Sequence record: SRR31156797_2108
Strand: one strand, 5' to 3'
Length of the DNA: 64,000 nucleotides
Both the position numbers and the translations under genes were made by a program. Shown here piece after piece: positions 1 through 9,542 of the stretch (positions are counted from its first letter, which is position 1; each line of letters opens with the position of its first letter). The notes under the pieces were generated by a model. It was not told the DNA's origin. It saw only the letters and a program-made list of their open reading frames with translations, and did not search any database.

Positions 1-12
1 GCTCTGCTTATT

Positions 13-83
13 CAAATTCCAAATACCAAGCTCCAAGTCCCAAGTATTTTTACTTGAAGCTTGGAGCTTGTGACTTGAAGCTT
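13..83. repeat. Heptamer tandem repeats arranged as an inverted repeat
   Basis: CAAATTC CAAATAC CAAGCTC CAAGTCC CAAGTA is followed by ACTTGAA GCTTGGA GCTTGTG ACTTGAA GCTT. The arms are complementary and lie just downstream of the stop of 88..732. Confidence 0.75.
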
Positions 84-87
84 CTTT

Positions 88-732
88 CTACTCTATCGGC
101 TCCAAAACCACTCTCGCCACATTCGATTTATTACCCACCGTCTTGCCATTGTACAGGTAGTAGGCGTAATATTCTCTCACCTCGGTCTCCTTAGGATTCA
201 ATTTGCCTCTGGTATCGTCGAAGTGGGATAGGTTTACAGTGGTTTCGAAATTGTACTCTCCATCGTTAATTTTAGAATACAACTTAATACCATGCATAGG
301 GCTTTTGGTATAATTTATTTGTGGAACACCAGCCACCATTTTTATTTTTAGGTCAGGACGCTTGTTGTTGCTCTCTTCCGTTTTCTTTTCATCTACCAAG
401 CCCAGTTCTCTTTTAGCTTCGATAGAAACAGTAGGAAGCATGTCAATTGCCTTTTTGTATTCTCTCAGTTGCTTGTCGCCACCCGTTTTAAGGTCTACAA
501 ACTCTTTACGCGAATCGTGAGCCTTTTTAATGGCGGCATTTTTTTGCTTGCGAGCCTCTTCTATCTTCTGTAAGGTGGCAATTAAAGCTTCGGTAGCTTC
601 TTGTGGCAAAACGCCCGATTCCACAAGAGGAGGTGCTTTCTCAATAAAATTATCCGATTTTTCAGAATAACCCTCTTCTGTTGTAGAGATAAAACTCTTA
701 ATAGTGCTAATAATTGTTAAGATAAAACTCAT
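88..732 (-). CDS. Hypothetical protein: helical N-terminus plus beta-rich C-terminal domain
   Basis: 214-aa ORF. Charged helical segment ALIATLQKIEEARKQKNAAIKKAH, then a beta-rich tail ending EVREYYAYYLYNGKTVGNKSNVARVVL. Confidence 0.7.
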   Translation of the reverse strand: MSFILTIISTIKSFISTTEEGYSEKSDNFIEKAPPLVESGVLPQEATEALIATLQKIEEARKQKNAAIKKAHDSRKEFVDLKTGGDKQLREYKKAIDMLPTVSIEAKRELGLVDEKKTEESNNKRPDLKIKMVAGVPQINYTKSPMHGIKLYSKINDGEYNFETTVNLSHFDDTRGKLNPKETEVREYYAYYLYNGKTVGNKSNVARVVLEPIE

Positions 733-1212
733 AACATGGATTTTTGGTTCATAAATAAATTAAGTATGACTTCTCTATTAAAGCTATGAAAGAAGACAAG
801 AAAAAACACGAAAAAAAATACATTTTTTTAATCAATGCTCAGAAGCTCAGTGTTTTTGGGCGGTACAGAAATAATATTTTTACTGATTGATCCTGTTTTT
901 TAGCCAAATTTTAATTTACAAACTCTAAATTATCATTTAGTTAAGTAGTTAACACGTATATAATCAGAGATTTATATAAAATAGGCACAGACCCTACAAG
1001 TGTAAGTTACAGATTGTCAATTAACAACATAAAAAATCAGTAATCAACGATAAAATTGACGTTTTCAAGAATAAGAAACATTAGGTAAAAAGAATATTTT
1101 CACCAAATATTTCTGTAAGGCACTAAAAATAAAGGATATATAATTTCTGATTTTATTTGAAATGTAATGATGTGATAAATAGAAAATTAACTCATTTTCT
1201 CTTATTTAGAAA

Positions 1213-1359
1213 TTCTATTTGACTCAAAACACTTTATTCTGATAGTAAAAGACTTTCCATTTGATCCAAAACAATCTGTATTTCATTCAAAACACTTTCT
1301 GTATGCTGTATGATAAACTCTATTCTACACAAGTGAGATTCTTTTTTACTCATTACAAT
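1213..1359. repeat. Degenerate 21-bp tandem repeat, about 7 units
   Basis: Units include TTCTATTTGACTCAAAACACT (1213), TTCCATTTGATCCAAAACAAT (1255), CTGTATTTCATTCAAAACACT (1276) and TTCTTTTTTACTCATTACAAT (1339). Confidence 0.65.
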
Positions 1360-2046
1360 TTGTTTTGCAATACAATTGCGAAAATTCCCAATGCAATGGT
1401 AAATTACACCATAAGAATAATATGTTTAGGACATTAGATTTATTATTTGATACTCAGCTATATTCATTTGATATTTAATCTTCAGTAATCAAATTAAAGT
1501 TTTAAAGATTATTGATCAAAATTGATTCAGAAAACCTACGAGCAGAACATGAATCTTCAGTTCACGATGACAGAAGTATGAAAATTTAATTAACAATACA
1601 AAATAAATTGGAAATGGTTTGTCATGAATAGATATTTTAATTAATCTGCATTTATTGAGTTTACTAATGAATTAGATTATTATAAGTAATCTTTAAGTCG
1701 CACCATTAGGATTCATTCAAAATATGATTATTGGTGAAATGAAGCTAATTTTCTAGAAATGAACTTTTGGTAATGTAAATATCTAATTGTTAGTGATTAA
1801 TGTATTTTTAATTGAGGTGAGTGTATTTGCCTTGCTTGTGTTTTACTGTATTTTGTTAGAATTTATTGGTTTGATAAAAGATTTTTAAATTGTGATGTTT
1901 TCGAATGATTTCATTTAACTGCATAATTTGTAAGGATAATCATTTTTGTATGTAATAAATTGAATATAAGTTTTGATTTGAGAGCGGGGTTAGGTAGATT
2001 TGAATGGAATGTCTTACTAAGTGAGAAGAACTTTAAATAGAATAAG

Positions 2047-5000
2047 ATGAATAATCATTGGCAATTAAAAACAACACCAGTTTCAAATAAAGAAGAAGAT
2101 AAACTTTCCCATGATTCCATAGCAGAATTGTTGAAAGAAAAAATTGACTATTTATTCTCACAAGATGATATTCCTAGCTGTATTTGTTTGAATGGAGAAT
2201 ACGGTAGTGGAAAATCAACGATTATTAATTTGCTTTTAAAAAAATGGGAAGGTGCAACAAATAGAAAAGTTGTTCATTTTAATATTTGGCGGCATAAGGA
2301 TGAGAATACCTATTATGCCTTATTTAGAAATATATTTTATGCATTAAGAAATAAAGAAAATAGTGATTTTAGGAAGAGGAATTTTTTAGAAACTTTAACA
2401 GAAACAGAAGAGATACAAAGTCTTGATATAGATTTTGCTGAACTTGTGTATGCAAGTTTTTCTCGCAAAGAAGTAGATCAGAGTAAATTAAAAGAGGGAG
2501 TTAATGATTTTGTTAGTAATTTACCTCGTTATGTAGGAAGCTTGACATGGGGACTAGTTAAAGTTGTTCTTATCGCAGGTTTTTGCATTTCATTAGTTGG
2601 TTTTATAATTGATTTAGCTATTAATCAAAAGATATTGCTGAGTGTAGAATTTGCAGGAAAGTTATTTTTACTTGTTATTACATCAACAACTATTTTGTCG
2701 TTTCTATTTAAGAATATATTTAAAAATATTCCTAGTCTTTTTAAGTTACATATTCAGCAAGCAGAAAACAGTGTTACATTGCCTAGTATCTCAAATACAG
2801 AGCAGCTTCAATGTATTTTTAGAAATATGCTTCATAAATACTGTAACAATGGAGAAAATAAAAAGTTAGTCATAGTTGTTGAAGATGTTGATAGAAAACA
2901 CAATGATGAAATAATTAAAACCTTAAATGAATTAAGAACCTTTATTGATCTTGGAAAGGCTATATTTATTATTCCATGTGATTTGAATAATATTGAAAGA
3001 GCTTTCATTGAATCAGGAATTGATAAATCTAATGAGCTAGATGAGAGATATATAAAATGGAAAGCAAAAGATTTTTATTCTAAGATATTTTCACACGTGG
3101 TAACAATACCAATACAATGCCAACAAGACCTAAGGGGATTTCTTATAAATAAAATTAATAATGAATCAGAAAATCATCCTATAAATAATTATTTAAAGGA
3201 GAATGATTCATTATCATCTCTAGTAAATATTCTCTTGGTTTATTCAATAAAGACACCAAGGGAAGCGATTAACATTTTTAATCGTTTTACTCTCCAATTT
3301 GAACATGCTCTTAAGTTAGAAAAGGAGAGTAATAGATTGAATTCAGGTACCATTTCTAATAATGTACTTGCATATGCAAGAGTTTATATACTTTCAACAT
3401 ACTATGGACTTGAAAAAGAACTTCTAAAGTATCCAGAATTAATAGATTGGGTATTACATGTTTTTAGAGGGAGAGACTATGCATATAAATTGGAAAGAGA
3501 AAAGCAGTACACCTGCTTTAATAAGGTTCCTGGTTATGCATTATCTCATGTTAGAGGATTATATAATGGTGGTGTGATTATTCCTGAGATAGAAGAGTTT
3601 ATAAGTAGGACGGATATGTATAGTTCAGATCTAGTAAAACCATTCATTTATTTAGATGAAACCTCTTATAGTGGTATTGTTGGAAATGAGATATATAATG
3701 TTGTATTAAATTCATTAAACTCGAGAAATACTAACAAATTAAAACATTTATTAGAAGAGAGTAATAAAGAGATTTCAGAAGTTATTCATAGAGTAACAGA
3801 GAATGTGACATATGATGCAGATTTTCAAACTATTTTGCCTAGTTTGATTGAGATATTTATTCTGTTAAGAGAAGAGAGAAAAAGACCTGTTTCAAATTTT
3901 ATATTAGAACATTTTAAGCGTTTGACAGATAAAGAACTATATGCTTATGATCCTGATTTAATTACTGAGATATTCAAATATGGTAATGCAAAGTACACTG
4001 ATAGTGCAAAAAGAAAGTACTATAATGTTTTGAATAAAGATAAGGACTCAATAACCGAGTATTGTTCAGAAGTTAGGGTGTTCGATATATCAGTTTCACT
4101 TATAAATGCTCTTAAAGTAAATGTGGATTATGTAGATGTGTCAATTTGTGATTTGTTAAAAGAATTTGTTAGTATCCCGGTAAAAGAAGAATTGGAGTAT
4201 ATGCAACGTGCTAAATACTTAGAAATAATTGATAATTCTGATCTCAAATTAATAGCAAAATTATTCGATGTTACATTTTTGGAAAGGTGTGTATCGAATA
4301 TATCTAACTTTTATGAAATTAGCCGTAATCAAAAACAATTAAAAAGTTCAATTAATAAATTGATTGATATTTTTATTCAAGATAATAAAAGTAGAGTCGT
4401 TGAATCAATTAATAAGCTTATTGGGTATGTAGATGTTGAAGTAGATAGTTGGTATCTTGAATTACTAAATAAGTATAATGAATACTTTAAAAGTAAGGAG
4501 ATTCTCTTACCAGTACTAAGTTCTTTACATTCTAATCTATTTATAGATTATTTAAACGAGGATGTTTATGAAAGAAATACAAAATTCATCGAAAATGCAA
4601 TAAGAGAATTTTCTAAGTTGCATAATTATACATTAAATACTCTTGGGATTAAAGGAAGTAAAGGGTATTCGGGTTTATTGTCTTTATATACTAAAGAAAT
4701 TAGTAATAGCAAATCAGTCGAATATTTAGCTTTTGTTTTGAAAATGATTCATCTACACGAAAGCAACGGTAGCTTAAATTTTTATAATAATTTGATAGAG
4801 ACATTTGTAGAATTTATTAAGAGTAACTTATGGGTAAGTAACAAGGATTCTAATGAATTCCAAAAGACGATTATAATTGCAAAATTCTTAGTTCAGAATA
4901 ATAGAATCACTAATTTAAAAGAGGAAAATCAGAATATGTTGAGAGATGTATTAATGGATCAGCTTCGAACAAATATCAATCACAATACTGCAAATTCTGA

Positions 5001-6138
5001 ACAATCTGAAACGGTATTTGAATTTATAAAAGAATTGAATTATGCGCCTAAATTTGATGATCTCCTTGTGAGTTGGTTGGAGAGTAAAACTGTATCAATA
5101 AATAGTGATGGCAACCCATTGTCAATATATAGAGATTATCTTAAGGTGTTTGAATTGGTGAAGTATAAATTAAGTGATGATTATACAGCAAATTTCCTTA
5201 GTCGATGTTCATATTTGATTACTAATTATGCTGGAAATTCTGTTTATGCAGAACCTGCATGGAGATGGTTGAGTGATTTGGTAGAAAGTAATTCAGAATT
5301 ACCGATTTATAAGAATAATGTCGTGCCAACAATTTTTAATCAATATGACCAAAGGACTGATAAATTTGTTGGAATTATAAAGTACTATGTTTGTAAAGTG
5401 CTTTATAGTATGGACTTGTATGAAAATGAAAATTATAAAAGTCAATATATAAATCTTCTGATATGGGCGGCTGATGAATACAATGATTTAGTAGATTTAT
5501 TTGAAACGGAATTTAGAGTGTTTAGCATTGATAAACAATATGAAGGGTTGTCATTGATTTCTAGATATGAAAAATGGAATGTACTAGAAGAAATGATGCC
5601 AGATGAAAATGATGATTTAGAAAAATTAGCAATTCATATATTACTACAAGAACAAGATAAAGGCTTGGTAGCTAATTTCTATAATGCTACATCTACAAAG
5701 TTAAATTGGGGAAAAGTTATTTCAGAGGTTATTAAAACTGTTTCAATAGATAAGAAAATAAACTATGCTTCATTTCTAAATGAAATGTCAAATGAAATCA
5801 TTGGAAGATATGATAAGTCAACTGTGAATGGTGAAGTGGAAGAGTATGTAATTGAACTTTTAAAGGAAGGGTTTGATACTAAGTTTATAGCTCTGGATTT
5901 AATTGATAAATTAGAGTTGAATATTAGTGGGGAATCTGATTTGTTATATTCAGTAATTTCAGATTTTGTAAATATTATCGATGTTAACACTGAATTTAAA
6001 ATTCTAAAGGAACTGAAAGAGTGGCTGAAAAAGCACCGTTTAACTAGAAAGTCTAATATTAATGATAGACTTCGTGAAATTGCCAAAGTTTTAGAAGGGG
6101 AGAAATTAATGGAGATTGAGTCATTGATAAAATATTGA
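2047..6138 (+). CDS. KAP-family P-loop NTPase with long helical C-terminal extension
   Basis: Walker A GEYGSGKS, FNIW motif, two hydrophobic helices inserted in the NTPase domain, Walker B LVIVVEDVDR, and YSKIF and TPRE motifs. Confidence 0.85.
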   Translation: MNNHWQLKTTPVSNKEEDKLSHDSIAELLKEKIDYLFSQDDIPSCICLNGEYGSGKSTIINLLLKKWEGATNRKVVHFNIWRHKDENTYYALFRNIFYALRNKENSDFRKRNFLETLTETEEIQSLDIDFAELVYASFSRKEVDQSKLKEGVNDFVSNLPRYVGSLTWGLVKVVLIAGFCISLVGFIIDLAINQKILLSVEFAGKLFLLVITSTTILSFLFKNIFKNIPSLFKLHIQQAENSVTLPSISNTEQLQCIFRNMLHKYCNNGENKKLVIVVEDVDRKHNDEIIKTLNELRTFIDLGKAIFIIPCDLNNIERAFIESGIDKSNELDERYIKWKAKDFYSKIFSHVVTIPIQCQQDLRGFLINKINNESENHPINNYLKENDSLSSLVNILLVYSIKTPREAINIFNRFTLQFEHALKLEKESNRLNSGTISNNVLAYARVYILSTYYGLEKELLKYPELIDWVLHVFRGRDYAYKLEREKQYTCFNKVPGYALSHVRGLYNGGVIIPEIEEFISRTDMYSSDLVKPFIYLDETSYSGIVGNEIYNVVLNSLNSRNTNKLKHLLEESNKEISEVIHRVTENVTYDADFQTILPSLIEIFILLREERKRPVSNFILEHFKRLTDKELYAYDPDLITEIFKYGNAKYTDSAKRKYYNVLNKDKDSITEYCSEVRVFDISVSLINALKVNVDYVDVSICDLLKEFVSIPVKEELEYMQRAKYLEIIDNSDLKLIAKLFDVTFLERCVSNISNFYEISRNQKQLKSSINKLIDIFIQDNKSRVVESINKLIGYVDVEVDSWYLELLNKYNEYFKSKEILLPVLSSLHSNLFIDYLNEDVYERNTKFIENAIREFSKLHNYTLNTLGIKGSKGYSGLLSLYTKEISNSKSVEYLAFVLKMIHLHESNGSLNFYNNLIETFVEFIKSNLWVSNKDSNEFQKTIIIAKFLVQNNRITNLKEENQNMLRDVLMDQLRTNINHNTANSEQSETVFEFIKELNYAPKFDDLLVSWLESKTVSINSDGNPLSIYRDYLKVFELVKYKLSDDYTANFLSRCSYLITNYAGNSVYAEPAWRWLSDLVESNSELPIYKNNVVPTIFNQYDQRTDKFVGIIKYYVCKVLYSMDLYENENYKSQYINLLIWAADEYNDLVDLFETEFRVFSIDKQYEGLSLISRYEKWNVLEEMMPDENDDLEKLAIHILLQEQDKGLVANFYNATSTKLNWGKVISEVIKTVSIDKKINYASFLNEMSNEIIGRYDKSTVNGEVEEYVIELLKEGFDTKFIALDLIDKLELNISGESDLLYSVISDFVNIIDVNTEFKILKELKEWLKKHRLTRKSNINDRLREIAKVLEGEKLMEIESLIKY

Positions 6139-6177
6139 TAGTTGTAAATATTTGGCAAGGTAAGAGTATTAAGTTTA

Positions 6178-6225
6178 CCCACTGATAGCGCGAGCTTGTA
6201 GCTCGTGTTTTGCGAATGCAATAAC
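6178..6225 (+). repeat. REP-like hairpin repeat, copy 1
   Basis: CTGATAG-CGCGAGC-TTGTA-GCTCGTG hairpin plus TTTTGCGAATGCAAT tail. Homologous copies at about 6473, 7317 and 8519. Confidence 0.75.
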
Positions 6226-6381
6226 AACATTTAAAGAAATTTAATTATTGGCCTGGCAACCTGGGAGCTACCGACCAGAAGTCGCAAGAAATAGAAAGTT
6301 GTAGATTGAATTGATAAACTAAAGAAGAACTGTATAGAGTGAAACGATTTTGGAGGGTGTTGTGGTTATAATGTAAAACCA

Positions 6382-6407
6382 CACGAGAGGACTCGTGCGG
6401 TAGCAGG
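6382..6407 (-). repeat. Related REP-like hairpin in inverted orientation
   Basis: Reverse complement reads CCTGCTACCG-CACGAG-TCCT-CTCGTG and faces copy 1. Confidence 0.6.
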
Positions 6408-6444
6408 AGGTAGATAAAGTGATCTATGAGGAATTTGATTGGTA

Positions 6445-6468
6445 TGGCTAAGAAAACATGCTTAGCAT
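6445..6468 (+). repeat. 24-bp direct repeat, left copy
   Basis: TGGCTAAGAAAACATGCTTAGCAT, identical to 10136-10159. Confidence 0.9.
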
Positions 6469-6472
6469 ATTT

Positions 6473-6517
6473 CCCCTGCTATTGCAAATTTATAGCTCGT
6501 GCGTTTGCGAAGGCAAT
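6473..6517 (+). repeat. REP-like repeat, degenerate copy 2
   Basis: CCCCTGCTATTGCAAATTTATAGCTCGTGCGTTTGCGAAGGCAAT aligns with copy 1. Confidence 0.65.
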
Positions 6518-6580
6518 GGAAGCTTTTTTATGAAAAAATGAACAATATTACTGTTACAAACAAGTTTAGCACACATTTTA

Positions 6581-7306
6581 ATGAAAAGATTTATCTACAT
6601 ATTAATAGCTATTACACTTCTTAGCTATCCAGTATTTGCGCAGGATATTAGACAAATTGATGCTGAGGTAGGAAGTTTTTATGAATATTCAGTTGAAGAA
6701 CAGAAAAACTGGGAGAAAGCGTTGAAGTTGTTAAATCAAATAAATGATTTTACAATTGACTATGAAACACTTTCAGAAGAAAACAAGAGTTTAATTGATC
6801 AACTTGAAATTGGTGAAGGACCAGTTGCAGAATGGGGAGACACTTGGAATTCTGTAGCATATCCATATAAAATAGAAGTTTCTTCAGAGTTAAAGTCAAA
6901 TAATAGTACAAGTTATGGAAGCTTAAATCTGAAAGACAATAATTTATTGACTGCTTGGGTACCTAATTGTGAGAAATTAGGTATTGGAGAAAAGGTAACT
7001 TTCTATTTTAGAAAAAATAATCCACGTGTTAACACAATCAAAGTTTTTAATGGGTACTTGAAAAACAAGATACTCTGGACTCAAAATTCGAGAGCAAAGA
7101 CTATGAAAATGTTTGTAAACGAAAAGGAGTACGCGATTTTAAAATTTAAAGATCAGCCTGCTTGTCAAATTTTCAAATTTGAGCCATTGCAATCGAAAGA
7201 CAGAGACTTGATTATAACATTAGAAATACTAGAAGTTTATCATGGAAGTAAATGGAATGATGTTGCTATCAGTGAAATAACATTTGATGGATTAGATGTA
7301 TTTTGA
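6581..7306 (+). CDS. Secreted protein with NADase-type glycan-binding (discoidin-like) domain
   Basis: Signal peptide ending VFA-QD. Motifs SSELK, NLKDNNLLTAW, GIGEKVTF, NGY...W..NSR.K and DVAISEI. Confidence 0.7.
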   Translation: MKRFIYILIAITLLSYPVFAQDIRQIDAEVGSFYEYSVEEQKNWEKALKLLNQINDFTIDYETLSEENKSLIDQLEIGEGPVAEWGDTWNSVAYPYKIEVSSELKSNNSTSYGSLNLKDNNLLTAWVPNCEKLGIGEKVTFYFRKNNPRVNTIKVFNGYLKNKILWTQNSRAKTMKMFVNEKEYAILKFKDQPACQIFKFEPLQSKDRDLIITLEILEVYHGSKWNDVAISEITFDGLDVF

Positions 7307-7316
7307 TCAAACATGT

Positions 7317-7360
7317 GATACTAGCACAAGCTTGTAGCCCTTGCTTTTCGAATACAATAA
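7317..7360 (+). repeat. REP-like repeat, copy 3
   Basis: GATACTAGCACAAGCTTGTAGCCCTTGCTTTTCGAATACAATAA. Confidence 0.7.
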
Positions 7361-7398
7361 AAATTTTTAGGAAAAAAATAACCACTAATAAAAAAACA

Positions 7399-7647
7399 AT
7401 GAACCAAAAAAATACAGCAGAATTAACAAATGAAGAGTTGTTGCAGGAAGTAAAAAGAATGAAAGCCACTAAGCTTTACGATCCGGTAATCTTTGGTGTT
7501 TTGATTGGAATTGCCATTTACAGTACGGTTAAAAATGGCTTGGGCTTGTTAACTTTTCTTCCCTTGGTTTATTTGCCAATAGCGGCTAAGAACAAGCTTA
7601 AAAATAAAGAGTTGGCAAAACTCTTAAAAGAAAGAAACTTGAAATAA
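7399..7647 (+). CDS. Small two-helix membrane protein
   Basis: ELTNEELL motif and two hydrophobic segments. I chose the ATG at 7399 because the upstream extension runs through the repeat. Confidence 0.7.
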   Translation: MNQKNTAELTNEELLQEVKRMKATKLYDPVIFGVLIGIAIYSTVKNGLGLLTFLPLVYLPIAAKNKLKNKELAKLLKERNLK

Positions 7648-7707
7648 AAAAGAGATGAACTTTTAACGTTGGGATTCCCCATAAATACTTGCAAAAAAGA
7701 GATGTAA

Positions 7708-8517
7708 ATGAACTGTAAAAACTGTGATTTCCAATTAAATTCGGAAGATAAATACTGTAACGAATGTGGTGCAAAGGTTGTTAAAGAAAGAATAAGTATA
7801 AAAAGTTTAATTTCTGGTCTGTTGGTTTCATTTGGCTGGGATAATAGATTTTTTGTAACATTTAGAGATTTGATAGTAAGACCTCAAGTCGTATTTGGAA
7901 AATATTTGAATGGAACGAGAAAAAAATATACCAATCCTTTTACCTTTTTTGCCATTGGAACGGCACTCTCGGTTTTCGTTTTAAATCTATATTCCGAGGA
8001 ATTAATTCAGTTATCTGCAAATACCAACCTAAAGTCTTCTGAGACTACAGTTAGTGCCTATTCCAAAGATGGGAATAGTTCTGAGATCAGCAAGAAGCAA
8101 GCAGATTTTATGAAAGAACAGGAAGCTTCAAAAATAAAGTTGGTTGAATTTATATATAAATATTACTACTATTTGTCATTTCTCTTATTGCCATTCTTTG
8201 CATTAGTTGCTCTTTTCATTTTCGGGAAACCCGACAATTATGGAGAACATCTGGTAATAAATGCTTATATCCAGGGCTTGCTCTTTTTCTTTGGCTTGCC
8301 CATATTTTTTCTATCCTTGCTGATAGGATACGATGTATATTCTGGCGGCTCTTTGCTATTAACTGTAATATGGTATTTGTATGCTTATAAAAAATACCGA
8401 AAATATACATTGGGTAAAACTCTGAAAAAACTATTAAAATTTGCGAGTATCTTTTTATTCTTATTTCTATTCATGCTTGTTGTTACACTCGTAATAATAG
8501 CCTTGAAAAAGATGTAA
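7708..8517 (+). CDS. DUF3667-type membrane protein with N-terminal zinc ribbon
   Basis: CKNC...YCNECG, YLNGTRKKYTNP, NYGEHLV and multiple transmembrane segments. Confidence 0.8.
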   Translation: MNCKNCDFQLNSEDKYCNECGAKVVKERISIKSLISGLLVSFGWDNRFFVTFRDLIVRPQVVFGKYLNGTRKKYTNPFTFFAIGTALSVFVLNLYSEELIQLSANTNLKSSETTVSAYSKDGNSSEISKKQADFMKEQEASKIKLVEFIYKYYYYLSFLLLPFFALVALFIFGKPDNYGEHLVINAYIQGLLFFFGLPIFFLSLLIGYDVYSGGSLLLTVIWYLYAYKKYRKYTLGKTLKKLLKFASIFLFLFLFMLVVTLVIIALKKM

Positions 8518-8518
8518 T

Positions 8519-8548
8519 CTGCGATAGCACGGGCTTGTAGCTCGTGTT
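8519..8548 (+). repeat. REP-like repeat, copy 4
   Basis: CTGCGATAG-CACGGGC-TTGTA-GCTCGTG, immediately after the stop codon at 8517. Confidence 0.75.
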
Positions 8549-8625
8549 AAGAAGAAAAAGGATAGTAGAAAATAATGATAATGCCTACTAACAAGTTGTA
8601 TACCTTATTAAAAACAGATTGTAAA

Positions 8626-9456
8626 ATGAGTTTTTGGAAGAAAATATTTGGTGATAAAAGTAAGAGCGAGACGCTTGACTCCCATTTTGATGCATATAAA
8701 AAGGAATTAAATGAATTGGATTTAAAATCATTATCCGATTTGGAAAATCTGGTAAAACCTTTAATAAGACCAACAACTAAACTTGAGATTTTAGCAGCCT
8801 CGAGACCACCTAATAACTCTCAATTAAATTCTCATTTTGGGGGACAAGCATATTTTGAAAAAGGGGAAGAGTGGCCAAGAACTAAAAAAGGGAGACCTTT
8901 GGAATTTATTTTTCAGCTGTTCAATTCTTCTGAATTGGAATTGCCGGAAAACATTGAACTGATCCAGTTCTATTATGACTGGGATGAATTTCCCTGGGAT
9001 ACTGAGAATGATGGTTGGTTAGTGAAAATCTATCAAAAAACGCAGAAAGAAAACATTGAATACATTGAGATACCAAAAGAGTTGGGAAAATCGAAGTATT
9101 GTGAAATTGCTTGCCAAGCCATTCAAAGCTTGCCCGATTGGGAAGGGATAGATTTACACTGCAATAATGCCTCAAATTTATCTTGTGTTCTTAACGAAGA
9201 TAAACCTTGGGACAGTTATGCGCAGGTAGTTGCAAAGCTAATTGGAGAACAGAGCTATCAAAGTCAATTGGGAGGATACCCAAGGTGGGTTCAGGGAGAA
9301 TCTACACCAAAAGATAGTGAAGGAAATTCAATGAAACTTTTATTTCAGATAGACTCGGAGGATAATGCTGGTTTAATGTGGGGAGATGTAGGATTAATAT
9401 ATGTTTTCTATGATGAACCCTCAGGGAGAATAGAATTTATCTTGCAATGTCATTAA
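8626..9456 (+). CDS. DUF1963 (YwqG-like) protein
   Basis: SHFGG, EEWP, PLEFIFQ, SQLGGYPRWVQ, LLFQIDS and LMWGDVG motifs. Probable start MSFWKK at 8626; the ORF extends back to 8575. Confidence 0.8.
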   Translation: MSFWKKIFGDKSKSETLDSHFDAYKKELNELDLKSLSDLENLVKPLIRPTTKLEILAASRPPNNSQLNSHFGGQAYFEKGEEWPRTKKGRPLEFIFQLFNSSELELPENIELIQFYYDWDEFPWDTENDGWLVKIYQKTQKENIEYIEIPKELGKSKYCEIACQAIQSLPDWEGIDLHCNNASNLSCVLNEDKPWDSYAQVVAKLIGEQSYQSQLGGYPRWVQGESTPKDSEGNSMKLLFQIDSEDNAGLMWGDVGLIYVFYDEPSGRIEFILQCH

Positions 9457-9542
9457 TGAATAAAGCTTTGCATTATCTAGCATTAAGCTTGAATAAAATA
9501 TTAAAATACATTTATTGTTACTAATAAGATAGTTACGGGTTT

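Noticed and set aside
5763-6230. 155-aa minus-strand ORF
   Set aside because: Antisense to the KAP gene, starts inside the repeat and has no motifs.
7303-7398. N-terminal extension of the 7303..7647 ORF
   Set aside because: It translates through the REP-like repeat from a TTG. The ATG at 7399 with an A-rich leader is more plausible.
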